DNA from: Callorhinchus milii
Lineage: Eukaryota
Direction of reading: 5' to 3'
DNA length: 64,000 nucleotides
NCBI RefSeq assembly: GCF_018977255.1
Contig: NW_024704743.1
Coordinates: forward strand, 9,550,001 to 9,614,000
Shown: piece after piece, positions 41,985-56,762 of the stretch
How positions within the stretch are numbered: the stretch's first letter is position 1
Layout: each line of letters opens with the position of its first letter
The notes under the pieces: model-generated
Databases searched by the model: none
Told to the model about the DNA's origin: nothing
What the model saw: the letters and a program-made list of their open reading frames with translations, nothing else
Made by a program: the position numbers and the translations under genes

Positions 41985-42330
41985 AGTAACATGGTGGTAA
42001 AATGCATTTTCTAGTGTGGCCGTAAACCAAAAGGTCCATGAAGGTCCCAGATTCAATCCCTAGTCTATGCAGTTAGCTATTCTCAGACACAGCAGCAGCA
42101 GCTGTAGAGCCAGTGCAATTTGGCTTGTGAGCCTTGGCCAGGGACTGGGGAAGAGATGAAAGCTGCCATCCTTATCACTATGTGACTATTGCTAAAATGT
42201 TTGAACAGGATTATGCTTGGCTTCAATCCCCCTCCACGGATGATCAAACACCATCTAGGCTTGCACATGAAGAATGATGGCTTGGGTAAGGTAGTATATG
42301 ACCTCAGCAACCATACCCTAAGCATGAGTC
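41985..42330 (+). mobile_element. Ancient SINE, AmnSINE2-like
   Basis: gaaggtcccagattcaatccctagtctatgc.agttagct.ttctcag...catgaagaatg resembles the recalled AmnSINE2 consensus; decayed relatives at about 2050-2310, 30940-31010, 40820-41030 and 57520-57700. Confidence 0.45.
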
Positions 42331-42651
42331 TCTTTGACACAGGGAAATTGTACAACTACAAATCTGTATCGGTTATAATATTATACAATAACTTTGTTCA
42401 TTAAAATGTACCATAGAGGTTAAAATAGCTATACAACAAACTAATTTTAATTTTCTTCTGAAGATTTCACCATATCAGTGTTAGGATAAGGGTTTGTATA
42501 TTTCACCAATGTCTTAATTTCATAAAGTGTTAACGGAAACACATTGTATTGCTGAAAATATTACAGCTTTATCTCGTCCAAAAAAACAAAATAAAAAATT
42601 TCCAACATGTAGACTGGAGAAAAACAGAGGTCTGAACTTTCACTCTCCTTT

Positions 42652-42944
42652 TAATAATAATCCTTGCATTTGATATAGCGCTTTCCACATCTTCTAGACG
42701 TCTCAAAGCGCTTCACTGAATAGACTGTAAAGTGAATTGACTGTATATTTGTGGGCGAAATGCGACAGCCAATTACGCACAGCAGTGTCCCACAAAGTCA
42801 TGAATTGAAGTGACCAATTTATTACTTTTTTTTCTTGAGGGATTATCAGGTGTGTGGAGTAAGGAAACTTGCCCAACGTTTCGACCTGCCGGGAATTGAA
42901 CCCAGGTTTCTCGCTTGTGAGGCCAGTGCTCCAGCCACTGAGCT
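42652..42944 (-). mobile_element. tRNA-Ala-derived SINE
   Basis: Same family, near full length. Confidence 0.88.
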
Positions 42945-45900
42945 TTTAAAGGGAGCAGGGCCCATTTTTATTTATTTTTAAAGTTGCAGCAGTTTCTGCT
43001 CAAAGTTGTACCATTTACACAATCAAAATGCAAGTGAAGATTAGTGCCATCCATATATCAGCAAATTCAAGATTTGTTATTCAGATATTTGACAGTGATC
43101 ATTAATTTTTGATTGGCTACAGTATATATTTTTTAAATTGGTTGTCCCCAAATACAACAATCCTACACACTTCCCATCTAATGTATAATTTATACAAGGG
43201 CATTATTTGCTTATATGATTGGTAGAGATGTACATGCAAAGACTGCACTTCTAAAGGTCCGAAAAAATTAAAAATCTGTTACAACAAATGAATGTAATGA
43301 AAAAAATGGAGTTTTTTTCCTCAGAAGCTTGAGTGTTTAGTTCTGAATCTGCACACTGCATCAAGGTCTAAATCCTCAATCCTACGCAGTCAGGTTTAAA
43401 TTCAATTATCAAAAGATAGCTCTCTTGAATTCCCAATATTATGCTTCTGTGAGACGTCAAATGAGTTTTGAGTGGAAATAAAATGCGCTGCTCAGTACAT
43501 CCAAACATGATCCATGTCCTGTAACTGAGAAACCAGACCTGAATGGTATAACAAATGGTATGGGGAATCACATTGGATTGCTGGAGGGATGCAGCTGTGA
43601 AAAGCGGGAACAAAATGGATGTGATGATGTCCCCAGTTTCATAGTGCGGATATTCATGTCTGGGTTTACAAATGAAGAACTGCCACTTAAATGGGGTAAT
43701 GGAGGGAAGTCTGTGCCTTCAGGAGTCTACTGGAGGGGCAAATATTTAGGAATACATTCATAGTTTAACAGTTGTCACAAATCTCCTATTTGCCATCTGA
43801 GAGCACTCTACGCAGAGCCTGGAACAGTGCAGATCTTGTAAGGCACAGAAGGTGTAAGGGCTAATGAGACCTGCATGGAACAAAAATCACGTGGGAAATA
43901 AAATGGGAAATTTAATCACTCAAAAAATGTCATAAGTTGTTTGAATCCTAAACCTGTACACTTTCCATTGCCAAATTAAGATGTTACACATTATACTTTT
44001 TTGGCTGATATTTTCCTGATATAGTTATATTCAATTACATTAGGCTATCTCTGAATGATAAACACTTGCCCAGCCCACTAAACTATAAGAGAATCCAACC
44101 AATTTTCAACAAAAAATGATCAAGTGATTGGAGAAGTTACACATCATAAGCATTTACTAGCATAATATTACTATGTTTGCATTCAAATTCATTTAGGGAT
44201 AAAAGTGTTTTTCAACGAAATAGTCAGTGACTCACTCCAGCTTTTCCAAATCATTAAGGAATCTTGGGTACCTTGAAATTGCAATTCTGCTCATCAGCAA
44301 TAAAGCAACACTTGCCTATTCGAATCAGACTGATCCAATGGAAGGAAGATGCAACATTCCATAACAGTGACAAATGTCTGTTGCTCATTCTGCAACATGA
44401 CAGGATGACCTGAAGTGAAGACTTTGTTAGTACAATTACATGGCATGCGGTTACTTGTTGATAACAGCAAGAAAACGGAAGGTCAAATTTCTTTAGAAGA
44501 GAGAACCACTTGAATATACAAACACAGCAATTTAATTCCTCAGACTTCTTTATATTCAATTTATATTCAGGATGCAGTATATTGGTGATGATGAAAAATT
44601 AAGAAGCAACTTGAGGTGCACTGAAACACACACTGTGCATGAGCCAATGGGATTTCTCACATTAACACATTTCTAGGTGAAGACAAAAATGTTTGTGTTA
44701 CATTCAGATTTAAAAACTGCATTTGCAAAAAAGGAAAAATACTTTTACACAGTGCAAGAATAGCCAAACATAAAACAGTTTTATTCTCCACTATTTCAGC
44801 TGCATTTGGCTACTGGTAATACATGTGTCACACCAAACAGTTAAAAAGGAAAATAAGTTTTTTTTTTAAGAAGTTTCAAACACGGTTGGAAATAATGGTA
44901 AATACTTTGTTGGGATAGCCAACCTGGTCAAACACCTGTGACTGTCAACATGATGCAGGGATGAAGTCTGGTAGACTTACATCAAATAAGTTAACAAGTT
45001 AAAAATCGTTGCATGCAAACTTCCTGATTTAAAAAAAAGTCAGCTCTCTTTAGTAGCAGAGTCATTTTTTACTAGATGTTAATGATGGACATCTAATTTG
45101 TTTAAATATTTAACCACACTATATATATATATATATATTTTAAGTTTGGTGTTTGAATGTTGCTAAACAGAAGTCAGACCAGATTTTCATGTGACAATCG
45201 TTCTTGTGGACCAGTGTATGTCATAGTTTCTAAAATGATTGATTACTGTGGCAGTGAAATACATTGGAAGACTAATGTGCAGTGGAGGGCTCCCACATCA
45301 GTCAGTTCCCAAGCTGCATCAAAGTGGAAAAAGCCCTTCCCAAAAGAAATGGGAGCAGGGAAAATTAACAGGAGTGTCACTGCAAGACTAATCTTCTGCG
45401 CAACTCATTACTGCTGGCTAAGATCATAAGGGCAGAGGCCTGGAAACCCATGACAGTTAGTCCATTGTAGGGGCAAACGTTTATTCAAAACCCCCTGCAC
45501 TATTTAAATCAAAATTTCATTGGGGGGGTGAGGGGGTGGCAGGGAGGCAGGAAAAGAATGTATTACAGCTTCTGTGTTAATATTTAGGGTATATATTTGG
45601 CAAAAAACAATGAGCATTGCCGAAAACAAAAGCTGTCCATCTTGACAAGTCTGAAAAACAAATCCCAAAATAAAACTGCAGCATTCAGACGGAACAATTA
45701 AGGCTTTAGGGGGACCGATGCTATATCATCAATGCACATGTGAAACACTGAAGGAACTCAATCTGACGAAATTCCCTTTAATGGAAGTGCAAACTGGTAG
45801 ACATTCCTGACGTTCCTGGTGAAGAACTGTTCATGTGACAGATCAGGATAACCTCCATGTATGAGGTGTACAGATCCATTCATTTGATGGTCTATAAAGG

Positions 45901-45959
45901 ATGCTGATATAATGGTCTACTTCACTGAAACCTACAGGTACCTCAGGTAGCATGTAGGC

Positions 45960-45965
45960 TTTATT
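45960..45965 (-). terminator. Candidate proximal CUL2 polyadenylation signal
   Basis: AATAAA on the minus strand about 385 nt after the stop; others at about 45480, 44781 and 41645; which is used cannot be told from sequence. Confidence 0.3.
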
Positions 45966-46349
45966 TTATCAAGCAGTGCCATGTTTACCTGTTAGATGCA
46001 AAATGTACAGTGTAAACACATTTGATCTGTCTTATAACAGCGTTTAATTTTTTTGTATTTTAAATTACATTTAAAATATATCAACTGCACATGAGAAAAA
46101 CGTGCCACCCAAACACTCCCCCATTACAGGTAATGTTGTGATGACATGAGTTGGGATATCTATAGGCATCGACACTTGCAATGTGGCACCGGTTAGACTG
46201 TAAACAGTAGAAAAAGGGCTACCAGGTGACTGCCTGAAGAACCTGGTGGAGGCACAGCTCTGCTTCATCTCACAGGAACACATCAAACAGTGACACAGCA
46301 GGTCTTTGCACCCATACCCGGACAAAGCCAAGCACAGCAGCAGCTTGCA

Positions 46350-46493
<144 letters not shown>

Positions 46494-47639
46494 TTAACAC
46501 ACATTAGCAAATATTCAATACCAGCAATGTTTGAGAAACCACCTTTGAGGAAATGTACAATATCTGCAAATGCCTTTATGATAAAAACAGCATTAGTGGT
46601 AGCACTAGGTGCCACAGCAAGAGTTTTTTATTAGCCACTTTGTTGCACTCCTGAACACACTGATTCTTCCTGGGACACCACTCAATCTGCAGCAGTTTGT
46701 TTAAGTTGCCATTCTTTATATGGCTTCACACACAGTGCTAAGTGGCAAGATTATTCTGATCACTAGGGATTAGTTGGGTAAATGAAGGAAACGCACAAAG
46801 CAAAGATTAGATGCCTCTCATAAGAAGATGAGGAAAATTGCCAATTCAATTGAAGGTGATAAAAATAATAAGTAATAATAATCCTTGCATTTGATATAGC
46901 GCCATACCACGTCATTGAGATGTTGCAAAGCGCTTCAATGGATTCACTGGAAAGTGGATTGACTATGTACTTTGGAGGCACAATACCGCGCAATACGGCA
47001 GCCGATTGCACACAGCAAAGTCCCACAACCAGCCATGACGAATTTTATTTGAGGATTTTTGGCTTGGACTTCAGGAGATTTTAGTCAGCCTTCTTGTCAC
47101 TGGTTACAATGCCACATAAAGATTTGAGCAAGCCATCTGCACAACCTGGAGAGTGATGTGTGGTATAGAAAACCAAAATGTCAGACATTGTATTTGATAT
47201 AGTGCCCTATCATGTTGAGATGTCTTTAAGACAACTCAAAATTGTTCATAGAATTTTATTATGAAGGGTAGTAACTATGTACTGCAATATCCCACAAACA
47301 GCTAGATTTTATCTGGCAGAATGTTGGCCAAGACACCAGGAGTAACCAGCATTCCTGCACCCTTTACTGTGTGGTAATCGAGTGGGAAAGATCAGGCTTG
47401 GTTGTTTTGCCCTTTCCAGTTGAGTGACCTAGTGACACTGACTGCCAAGGCTCACAAATGAAAATAGCTACTTGGGCAGGAAACCGCAGGATATCCAGGA
47501 CCTGTGCAATCACACCCCAGCAAAAAGAGGCAGGACCGGAGCAGAGAGACATATCCCAGTGGGAAGAAAATTAGAAAAGGATTGATTTATATGTATAGAC
47601 ACATATATACATACACATAGACCCACCCACACATACCTA

Positions 47640-47801
<162 letters not shown>

Positions 47802-48417
47802 CTAGAGCAATGGGGAAATAACATGAGGCTTTTTTTAAAAAATAGAGATGTAATGTGACCTATTAGACTTAGCCATCAGAACAAAGTGCAAAACTGTTTA
47901 CCGCTGATTTTAGTGAATAAGTGAAGAAAATCTTGTGATATAAGTTGGGGGAAAGTGAAAAAGACAAGGTTTGGAAAATTTCTCTGGTCTTCTGAAGGTG
48001 ATGAGTGATGACTCTCACTGCAATACAGATCTAAAAGTTCCAGGGGCACGCCTATTACAGTAAAACTTGCATTTTATAAATTGTATAATTGCCTAAGTCA
48101 TACATTCATCTGAGTCCCATTCAGTTTCCTATCAAGATCACAATGATTTCTTTACACTACTCGTATTAATCAGTTCCTAACTCGTAATGCCTCTCCCCTG
48201 CCCTCCATTACTCCCGCATTCAATCGCGGGAAATGACGTCCTGACCCATTGACGCGTGTGGATTTACCAGCCGCATTAAACTATGGGAAATGTAGCCTTG
48301 AACCATCGCCACATGCACAGCAGAACTTAATTTCTCATGATTCAATGCGATTCCAACATTGAATCGTGGGAAATGCAAGTCTTGACCTGTCACCACATGT
48401 GCACTTTCTGGCTGCAG

Positions 48418-48823
48418 TGTAAGAGATTGGATGGAGACAACCAAATTGGTGGTGTATTGATAAATGAGTTTATTAGGCAATAAGTAAAATGTTAACCTTA
48501 CACAACGATTAAGCAGTAGTTACAGAGAACAACAATATTACCCGGTTCCTCTGGGAAACACCCCAATCCGCTCTCCCAGCTTTCCAGGCTTCAGCTTGTT
48601 CCCCAATCCACGTGTTTACATACCCTACTTGGTGCACAATCTTACACTCTTATGCAAAATACAACTCCATATAAGGTTATAAGATTCTTTGAGATTCTAG
48701 CAACCTTGTTTTAGTCATCTGGTCAGCCGACCATTGTATTCCCATAATACGTACTTGTTTTTCACTCACTTTGACCTTGAACAAGTATTCCTGAGATTCT
48801 GACATTTCTTGTTAACTCTTACA
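48418..48823 (-). mobile_element. Solo LTR, 406 bp
   Basis: Termini TGTAAGAG...CTCTTACA; CTGCAG on both flanks (6-bp TSD); minus-strand AATAAA at 48469-48474. Confidence 0.7.
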
Positions 48824-49134
48824 CTGCAGTCACTAATCCTTCTGTTTGTAATACTTGATATAATTTTACAGACTCCACCTTGAGAGCGAGAAAATATCTT
48901 TTTTGATCTCTCATCTTAATAATTCCTTTATCTCAAGATGATCACCCTTTTTTCTAGTTACTCACTACCCACTTCAACCAAGACAAACTACTGCATGCGT
49001 ACTTTCCGGCTGCACTGAATTACGCTTGCACGGTGTAGATTATTGATTAAATTCGATTTTATACGACTTATTCTGTTTGTCTGCAATGCGGACTTTGCGT
49101 AAGTCAAATCAAATGTTACACTCCCGACTAAATA

Positions 49135-50060
49135 TAAGAACGTAAGAATTTGCTAGATGAAAGAAGACTACGATCCATCCAGCTTGCCTTCCACCATCTT
49201 GGCTGTCACATGCACAAGTCATGTCCCAAACCATACACTGAATCCCGAGATAATAAGAATATAGGTTACAACTTGTGAGTTTCACTGTATTGGCACAGGA
49301 GCTTAGACAGTACTTTCAAGCTATTTGACCATGGAAAGTGACAAAGTCAAACCCATTCAGAGCAGAGTGCCTGTACTGGCTCTCTATTCATTTAGTCTCA
49401 TTCTCCTGCTTTTTCTACTTTTCAGATATTTACTTGATCTACACTTAAAAGCTGATGTAGATTGTATAAACTATCATTCAAGGGAGGACATTATATGTCC
49501 TAACAACCCTCTGTAAAAAAAAATCTTTCTCCTAATCCCTTACTTTGCTTTTTTGCTAACCATCTTATTTCTGTGTCGTCTATTCATCAATTCACCAAAC
49601 TGTGGAAATTATCACCAGTTTGCGTTATTAAAAAGCTTAAATAATAAAAATCTATCAGATTCTCTCTCAATCTTCTCTGTTCCAGGGAAAATAGCCCCAA
49701 TTCCTCCTTAAGACCTCTCAACCCTGTTATTCTCGCAAATCTCCTCTGTGCGCTCCCTATAATAATCGTTGCATTTGATATCGCGCCTTACCACATATTT
49801 GAGGCATCTCAAAATCTGCCAATCGACCAACAACCGGGTTCCTACTTACTGCAATGTGTGAGGTAAAGAAATTTGCCCAACATTTCGCCCTGCTGGATAT
49901 TGAACCCAAGTCTCTCGCTTGCGAGGCGAGTGCCCTAAACACTCAGCTGCAGGACTCCACAATGCCATTGACTCACTTTTCTATCATAAAGTACTGAAAA
50001 CTAGACAGTACTCCAACTGTGGCTGAACTAATGATTTCTGCAGGTTTAACATTGCACCTT
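49135..50060 (-). mobile_element. Decayed CR1 3' region interrupted by a SINE (49759-49959)
   Basis: Reverse-complement CR1 3' sequence similar to 32320-32540 and 53520-53860. Confidence 0.55.
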
Positions 50061-51140
50061 TGCCTTATAATGGACAGGATGCTCCATTAGAACACACCCC
50101 TGTCGAGCATGGTTAGCTGGGTTTACTGTGGGCCCAGAGGTTATGCTGAGGTATACCCAGCTTCCAGTGCTGACTTCCCACATGAAAAAATGGCCAGCTT
50201 CCAGGTTTCAACCACATCACTTCCTGTGGGTGCCTGAAAATACTTGATATCACTTCCTGTACATTGCACATGTTTATAGCACACAGGACCTTATGTCAGT
50301 ATCAAAGTAACAATCCAGTAGTTGGCTATTTGTTTGCATTTTGTTCCAACACAGCATCTGAGATACTGGACCCAGAGAACTGGATTATAATGCAGTTCTG
50401 TTTGTTCATATATCCAAAACCCAGGAATCCATTAGCTTTTTATTTATAGCTTTGTGGACTTGCTCTCCCACCTGAGTACAGTTCAGGAATCCCTTGCAAT
50501 CTCGAGTCTGTTAGTAATATATTGTTCAATGCCACATAGAGTGTTTTTAACTGCAGTCTCTGGATTCAGCCAAGTTTAGTTACTGAAACAAATCTCAGGA
50601 GACAAAGGAAAGGCTATTTAACTCATCAGATTCACTTTATATTTTCTGTGAGCTACATGTTCATAACAATTTCAGAGAACAGGGTGTTTTCTCAAACTGC
50701 ATTTCAGAAACCATTGTAGCTCCAAGTTTACCTCTCCTGAATTCTGAAAGTTGCTGATTAACAATTCTGGGAGGGCATTGATCTGAAAATGAAACTTCTC
50801 TGCCTTTTAGAGATTTACAGTTGATCAGAGTCACAAATTATTTTCCATTTTCAATTCATCTGTTTATACAAACCAAGAAAAAAATCAAGATTGTGGACCT
50901 CAATTCAAAGAACATCTGAACCGCAGCAGTCACTGTCATTTTAATATCCTCAATGATCAGATTTCAGAATTTAACATTAATATTCTTAACAAGTGCCTTT
51001 TCAGCTTATGGTCACTAAAAATCAGGAAAACCACAACAGTCTTTTCCTCCCCCATTTTAAAGTTTAAAAATAGACATGATTTTGAATGTGAAGGCCATAA
51101 AAGATTTTAAAATAAAATAAACCAGAAAAATAAAGTTTTA

Positions 51141-51461
<321 letters not shown>

Positions 51462-51499
51462 TCATCCTAAATTATTAGGTACAGGTTGGTAAGAGTTTG

Positions 51500-52180
51500 C
51501 CAAGGATGACAGTCACTAGTTGGTCGTTCCATATCCGACAAGTACGGGTTTCAGCTTTCGCTAGGTGGATAGAAATCAGGAACCTCCTGATTCTGATTCT
51601 CCTGGTGGGCAACACAGCTCATCATGAAATGCACGAGCATTGCTACCATCTTCCTGTCCGCAGCTTGGGCACAGGTCCCTTCCCATTGAGCAATGGTTTC
51701 ATTAGTTGGAGTTGCAGAGTTTAAGCAGCAGCTGCTTACCTCTCCGCAGGCCAATCAAAGTGGATTCCAGGTGATGGATGAACAAGCTTGTGTTCATGAT
51801 AACACCTTCCAAGCATCAGAGTTTTCTCATCAGCTATCGGGCGGACATCTATGTGGTGAACCTTTTCAGGACAGCTTGGGACGTGCTAGCCACATTAATG
51901 TTCTTGAGGTCCAAGTCCAATGCCAGGCTTACTTGGCACCAGCTGCTTAATCCAAGTCCTCATGTGAGGGGCCTTGGCAAATAGATGTGCCTGCTGTGAA
52001 GTCAACTCCGCCTTCAGGATGCTTAGCGGCACGTCAGTATAGGCCGGAGCCCTCCCTCCCTGTAGCCACTTACCATGTTTGCCACAAATCCACCTCACTG
52101 CTTGATCCTGCACTTTGCAAATGGGTCAGAGGAAGCATCTCCACTGCATCCCCATCTGAGCCTTTGTTTATGTTGAAGGT
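51500..52180 (-). mobile_element. Decayed non-LTR retrotransposon-like fragment
   Basis: Frameshifted LCPSCGQED...VHFMMSC resembles a C-terminal CCHC knuckle; diverged second copy at about 39783-40160. Confidence 0.4.
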
Positions 52181-53076
52181 TTGACAGTAAATCATTGATA
52201 TTCATGCAGTATATAAACATTAAAAAGTAACAGCTGTTGCTCAAATTCTCAGTTTGATAAGGTTTAGCATGGCAAATTGTGTTCTGGATGAGGATCTAGC
52301 TTGAGCAGTAGAAACACACAAGGTATTGATTCAGTCATAATTTTGTAGAGAATCAAAGACTGGTGAGAGAAGGATTGAGGGAGAAAATAATGCCCGACAC
52401 AAAATAAGATGATTTGTGATAATTTTGACCAATTTTGGGACTACTTAAACTCATCATGAGATCAAAAACACTTGATAATACCAGGAGTTATAGTACTTCT
52501 CTTGTAAAAGATAATAAGAATAATCTTTGACTTAATTATTATTTGTGAAGCACTTTGAAATGTTGCTAAGCATCCTGAAGGCGTGATATACAATATAATT
52601 TAATGTATGTAGTGCCTTTCACATCAGGAGGATGTCCCAAAGCGCATTTACATTGCTGGATGGGCACCCAAGCTAAGGGTGGGAGTTGAGGGGTGTGGGG
52701 AGGGGAAAGGTGGCCAAAACCGCAGTCAAAGAGATAAATATATTTTTTGAAACAGACAACAACTGCATGCAGCACTACAGATGTTGTCTCACCAAAACCA
52801 GATACTGTGGAGCTGCATTATAATGTAGAAGCCATAAAACCTCAACCCTATATTTTTGGTATGATAATTTGTTTCACGGTGTAGGAAGTGAATCGGCTGG
52901 TTCCTACACGAAAACAAAATGCCGGATATCTAGGTCACCAGATAGATGCCAGTGTCACATCCATGAGAAAGTACTGTCGACACAAACCCTATGACATTAT
53001 GTTGGTTCTTTAACCCAATGACTAATGAACACAAAGAATACAATCTATTACATTTTTGAGCTATTCTTTGAAATCA

Positions 53077-53337
<261 letters not shown>

Positions 53338-53924
53338 TTATCACTGATAGATATGCAAACATTGCAATGCACAGTTTACACATTCTGACAAACAGCTACT
53401 TCAAACTGATTCTAATGACATACAATTATTCAGAAGTAAATGCCACAAAACCACCATTAAAAAGAAAAATATCTGTGATCAAACAAAATTATGTATTAAT
53501 ACAAGCACTTTCTAATCCTCTGCTCTTTCACCATACCTTTTAGTATATTTTTTATTTAGATATTTATCCAATTTCCTTATACATGCCATGTATGGACTTG
53601 GCTTCAATAGACATTTGTTGTAAAGTATTCCATATTCTAACAACCTTCTGCTACAATTTATGCTCTTGTTGACTTGTTGATCAGTTGATCAGTGGACGTA
53701 ATTTTATTGCATTTACCCTTTCAAATCCATTCAGAATTATGAAAACCTTCAATTAGATCACCCCTTAATCTTCCCTGTTCTATCAAACACCTTCCCGACT
53801 TTTCAAGTTGCTCCCCATAACTGTAACCTTGCATCCCTGGTATCAGTCAACGAATCTCCACTCATTGACTGACTGTGATGTCTGATGTAAGATTTAAATG
53901 TTAAGACTCTTGACTGCAGCCCAA

Positions 53925-54935
53925 CTCACTCTTGTATTTAAATCCCTTCATGCCCTGGCACCCACCTATCTCTCCAACCTGCTTGTTCCCTACACCACTA
54001 CCTGCTGCCTCTGCTCGGCTGGCTCCAGCCTCCTCCTTGCTCGCGGACCCTCTGCCCCACCATCGGCGGCCGTGTTTTCAGCCACTACACTCCGAAGCTG
54101 TGGCACACTCTCCCGCAATCCCTTCGCCTTGCCCTCTCTCCCCATTTTGAGGTTGTGCTTGAAGATCTTCCTTTTCGACTGTGTCCACGGTCACCTTCCC
54201 CTTCCCCCTGGCTCAGCATTGGGCTCTGCCACTGTTAAACGATCCAAGACACCATCTGGCATGAAGGGCGCTATATAATTGCAAGTTGTTGTTGTACAAA
54301 TTTGACATTGCCATCTAAAAATGGCAAATTCTATCTTTATTAAGACACCTGATTGGGCATTACTATGTCAATTCTCTGTTCGCTGGACTTCCCAACTGAT
54401 CCCTCAACAATCTGCAGATTATTCAGAACTCTGCAGCCCTTGTCCTCTCCCAAATCAAGCTCTGTCCGCCTAGCACCCCCTTCTTTGCCTGGCCTCCCAT
54501 CTCCCAGAGGATCAAGTTCAAGATCCTTATCCTCACTTTTAGAGTACTCCACGGTCTTGCCCCACCTACCTCTGGGACCTACTAAAACCTTACCAACCCG
54601 CCTGTTCCCGCTACTCGGCAGGCAAACTCCTGTTCCATGTCCCCCTCCTTACTTGCCCCACCATCAGAGGTCGGGCCTGCAGCCTTTCTGCCTCCACCCT
54701 CTGGAACTCCATTCAAGAGTCCCTTCGCCTTGCCCCTTCCCTTGGCTCCTTCAATGTCCATCTCAAGACCTTCCTCTTTGACCATGCCTTCGGTCATCTT
54801 CTCACCCCGAAATCCTTTGACTCACCCATCCCTCTAGAATCCAACCCCATCTAAGGTGCAAACTCTCAACTGTCCAGAGCCTTGGGAAGTCCTCCTGACG
54901 TGAAAGATGCTAAATAAATGCAATTTTGTTTTTTA
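53925..54935 (+). mobile_element. Two tandem L2 3' fragments (family B 53925-54295, family A 54345-54935)
   Basis: Each matches other L2 3' ends in the window and has its own tail. Confidence 0.82.
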
Positions 54936-54999
54936 CCCGAAGTATATCATGCCAACCCATGGGAACTCTGCTCTGAAAGTGGATCACATCATAGCAAAG

Positions 55000-55620
55000 T
55001 TTCCATAACTCCTTAATTAAGAAATCCCAGCTACCAATTGTTATTTCTTATACCCCATTAGCTCCTTGTTCTTGTATTCAATCCTGCTATATATAAAATC
55101 CAGACCTGAATTGGCTTTTTGTAGTCTTATCTACTTATAGTAAGACCTAATTGCCTGTCCTCCAAGTCTCTCTCCTCTGCTATAGCACTCTGATTGTTAA
55201 CATTTATTTTATTTATACTTCCCATTTTTCTAAACTGAATTCTATCTTACCACTCCACTAACCTGTCTATGTCCTCCTATAGCCTTCTGCATTCTTCCTT
55301 CATATGCAGTGCCCCTTAGTTTGATATTGTCAGCAAATTTAGATTATGCCTCAATCAAAAATATTTGTATTTGTGTGTGGAAACTTAGGGAGGTCCCATT
55401 AGTTTCCCCATTGAGGCAGCAACACCTCTTTAACTCTTCCTGTGCCAGATACTCAAATTTAAAAAGCACAGAATGCACTCTCTGAGAACTATCACAATAA
55501 ACCAGAGGATAGAATAATTCTAGGATATCTATTCCACAAAGAACAAGTTTAAGCAACTTTACAGTAGAACGCTGACTATACTCACACCATTTATTCACAT
55601 GTCTGCTTATCAGCAATGGA
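55000..55620 (-). mobile_element. CR1 RT fragment
   Basis: Minus-strand SKFADNIKLRG (degenerate FADD motif) and an LGP-like motif. Confidence 0.65.
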
Positions 55621-56045
55621 AGCTATGGTGGACTGGGTTACCACCAAAAACTCCTATTCAGTACATGTGCAAGTTGTGAGTATTTGTAAATTATGCGCAT
55701 GTGTGTAATTTAAGGACACAATCTAGTTGCTCTGAGAGACATTGGTAACTTCACACATGCACAGAACGGGATACTCCTCGATATAGGAAAGATCAGTGTT
55801 GAAAAGTAAGGGTTACACAGTACAGTTCTTATATAGAGTGTAGGGTCAGAAAGAGATATAAAAAGTTAGAGAGACTAACCAAGAGAATGACAGAGTTAGA
55901 AAGAGTAGCAGGTAAGTGAAGAACATACAATTTATTAGTATGGATTATAGCCAATCTGCATTTTGCGTGATGTCCAATTATCTGCTTGTATTCAACGAGG
56001 CTGGCCCCAATTAATGCAGATCATCGGCTCTCTATTTATCTACTA

Positions 56046-56534
<489 letters not shown>

Positions 56535-56684
56535 TCATATTAGACACATTTCAGAAAATGTTTCCTTCTTACATGGAAGGCACAACATCTAATATGCAAA
56601 TGACACTATAAAATATTTCATTTAAACCTACAAAAAATACACAGGTCAATGTATCTTTAAGTTACAATGGAATTACCAACCTAC

Positions 56685-56762
56685 CATCTGTACACTCTTT
56701 TCCAGTTCTTGTGGGATGGCAAATGTAGATGAAGGCGCTTGTGTCAAGGGCCACGCACCAGC
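56685..56762 (-). CDS. CUL2: Cullin-2 exon, 78 nt
   Basis: AGAWPLTQAPSSTFAIPQELEKSVQM; TAG acceptor, GTAGGT donor. Confidence 0.96.
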
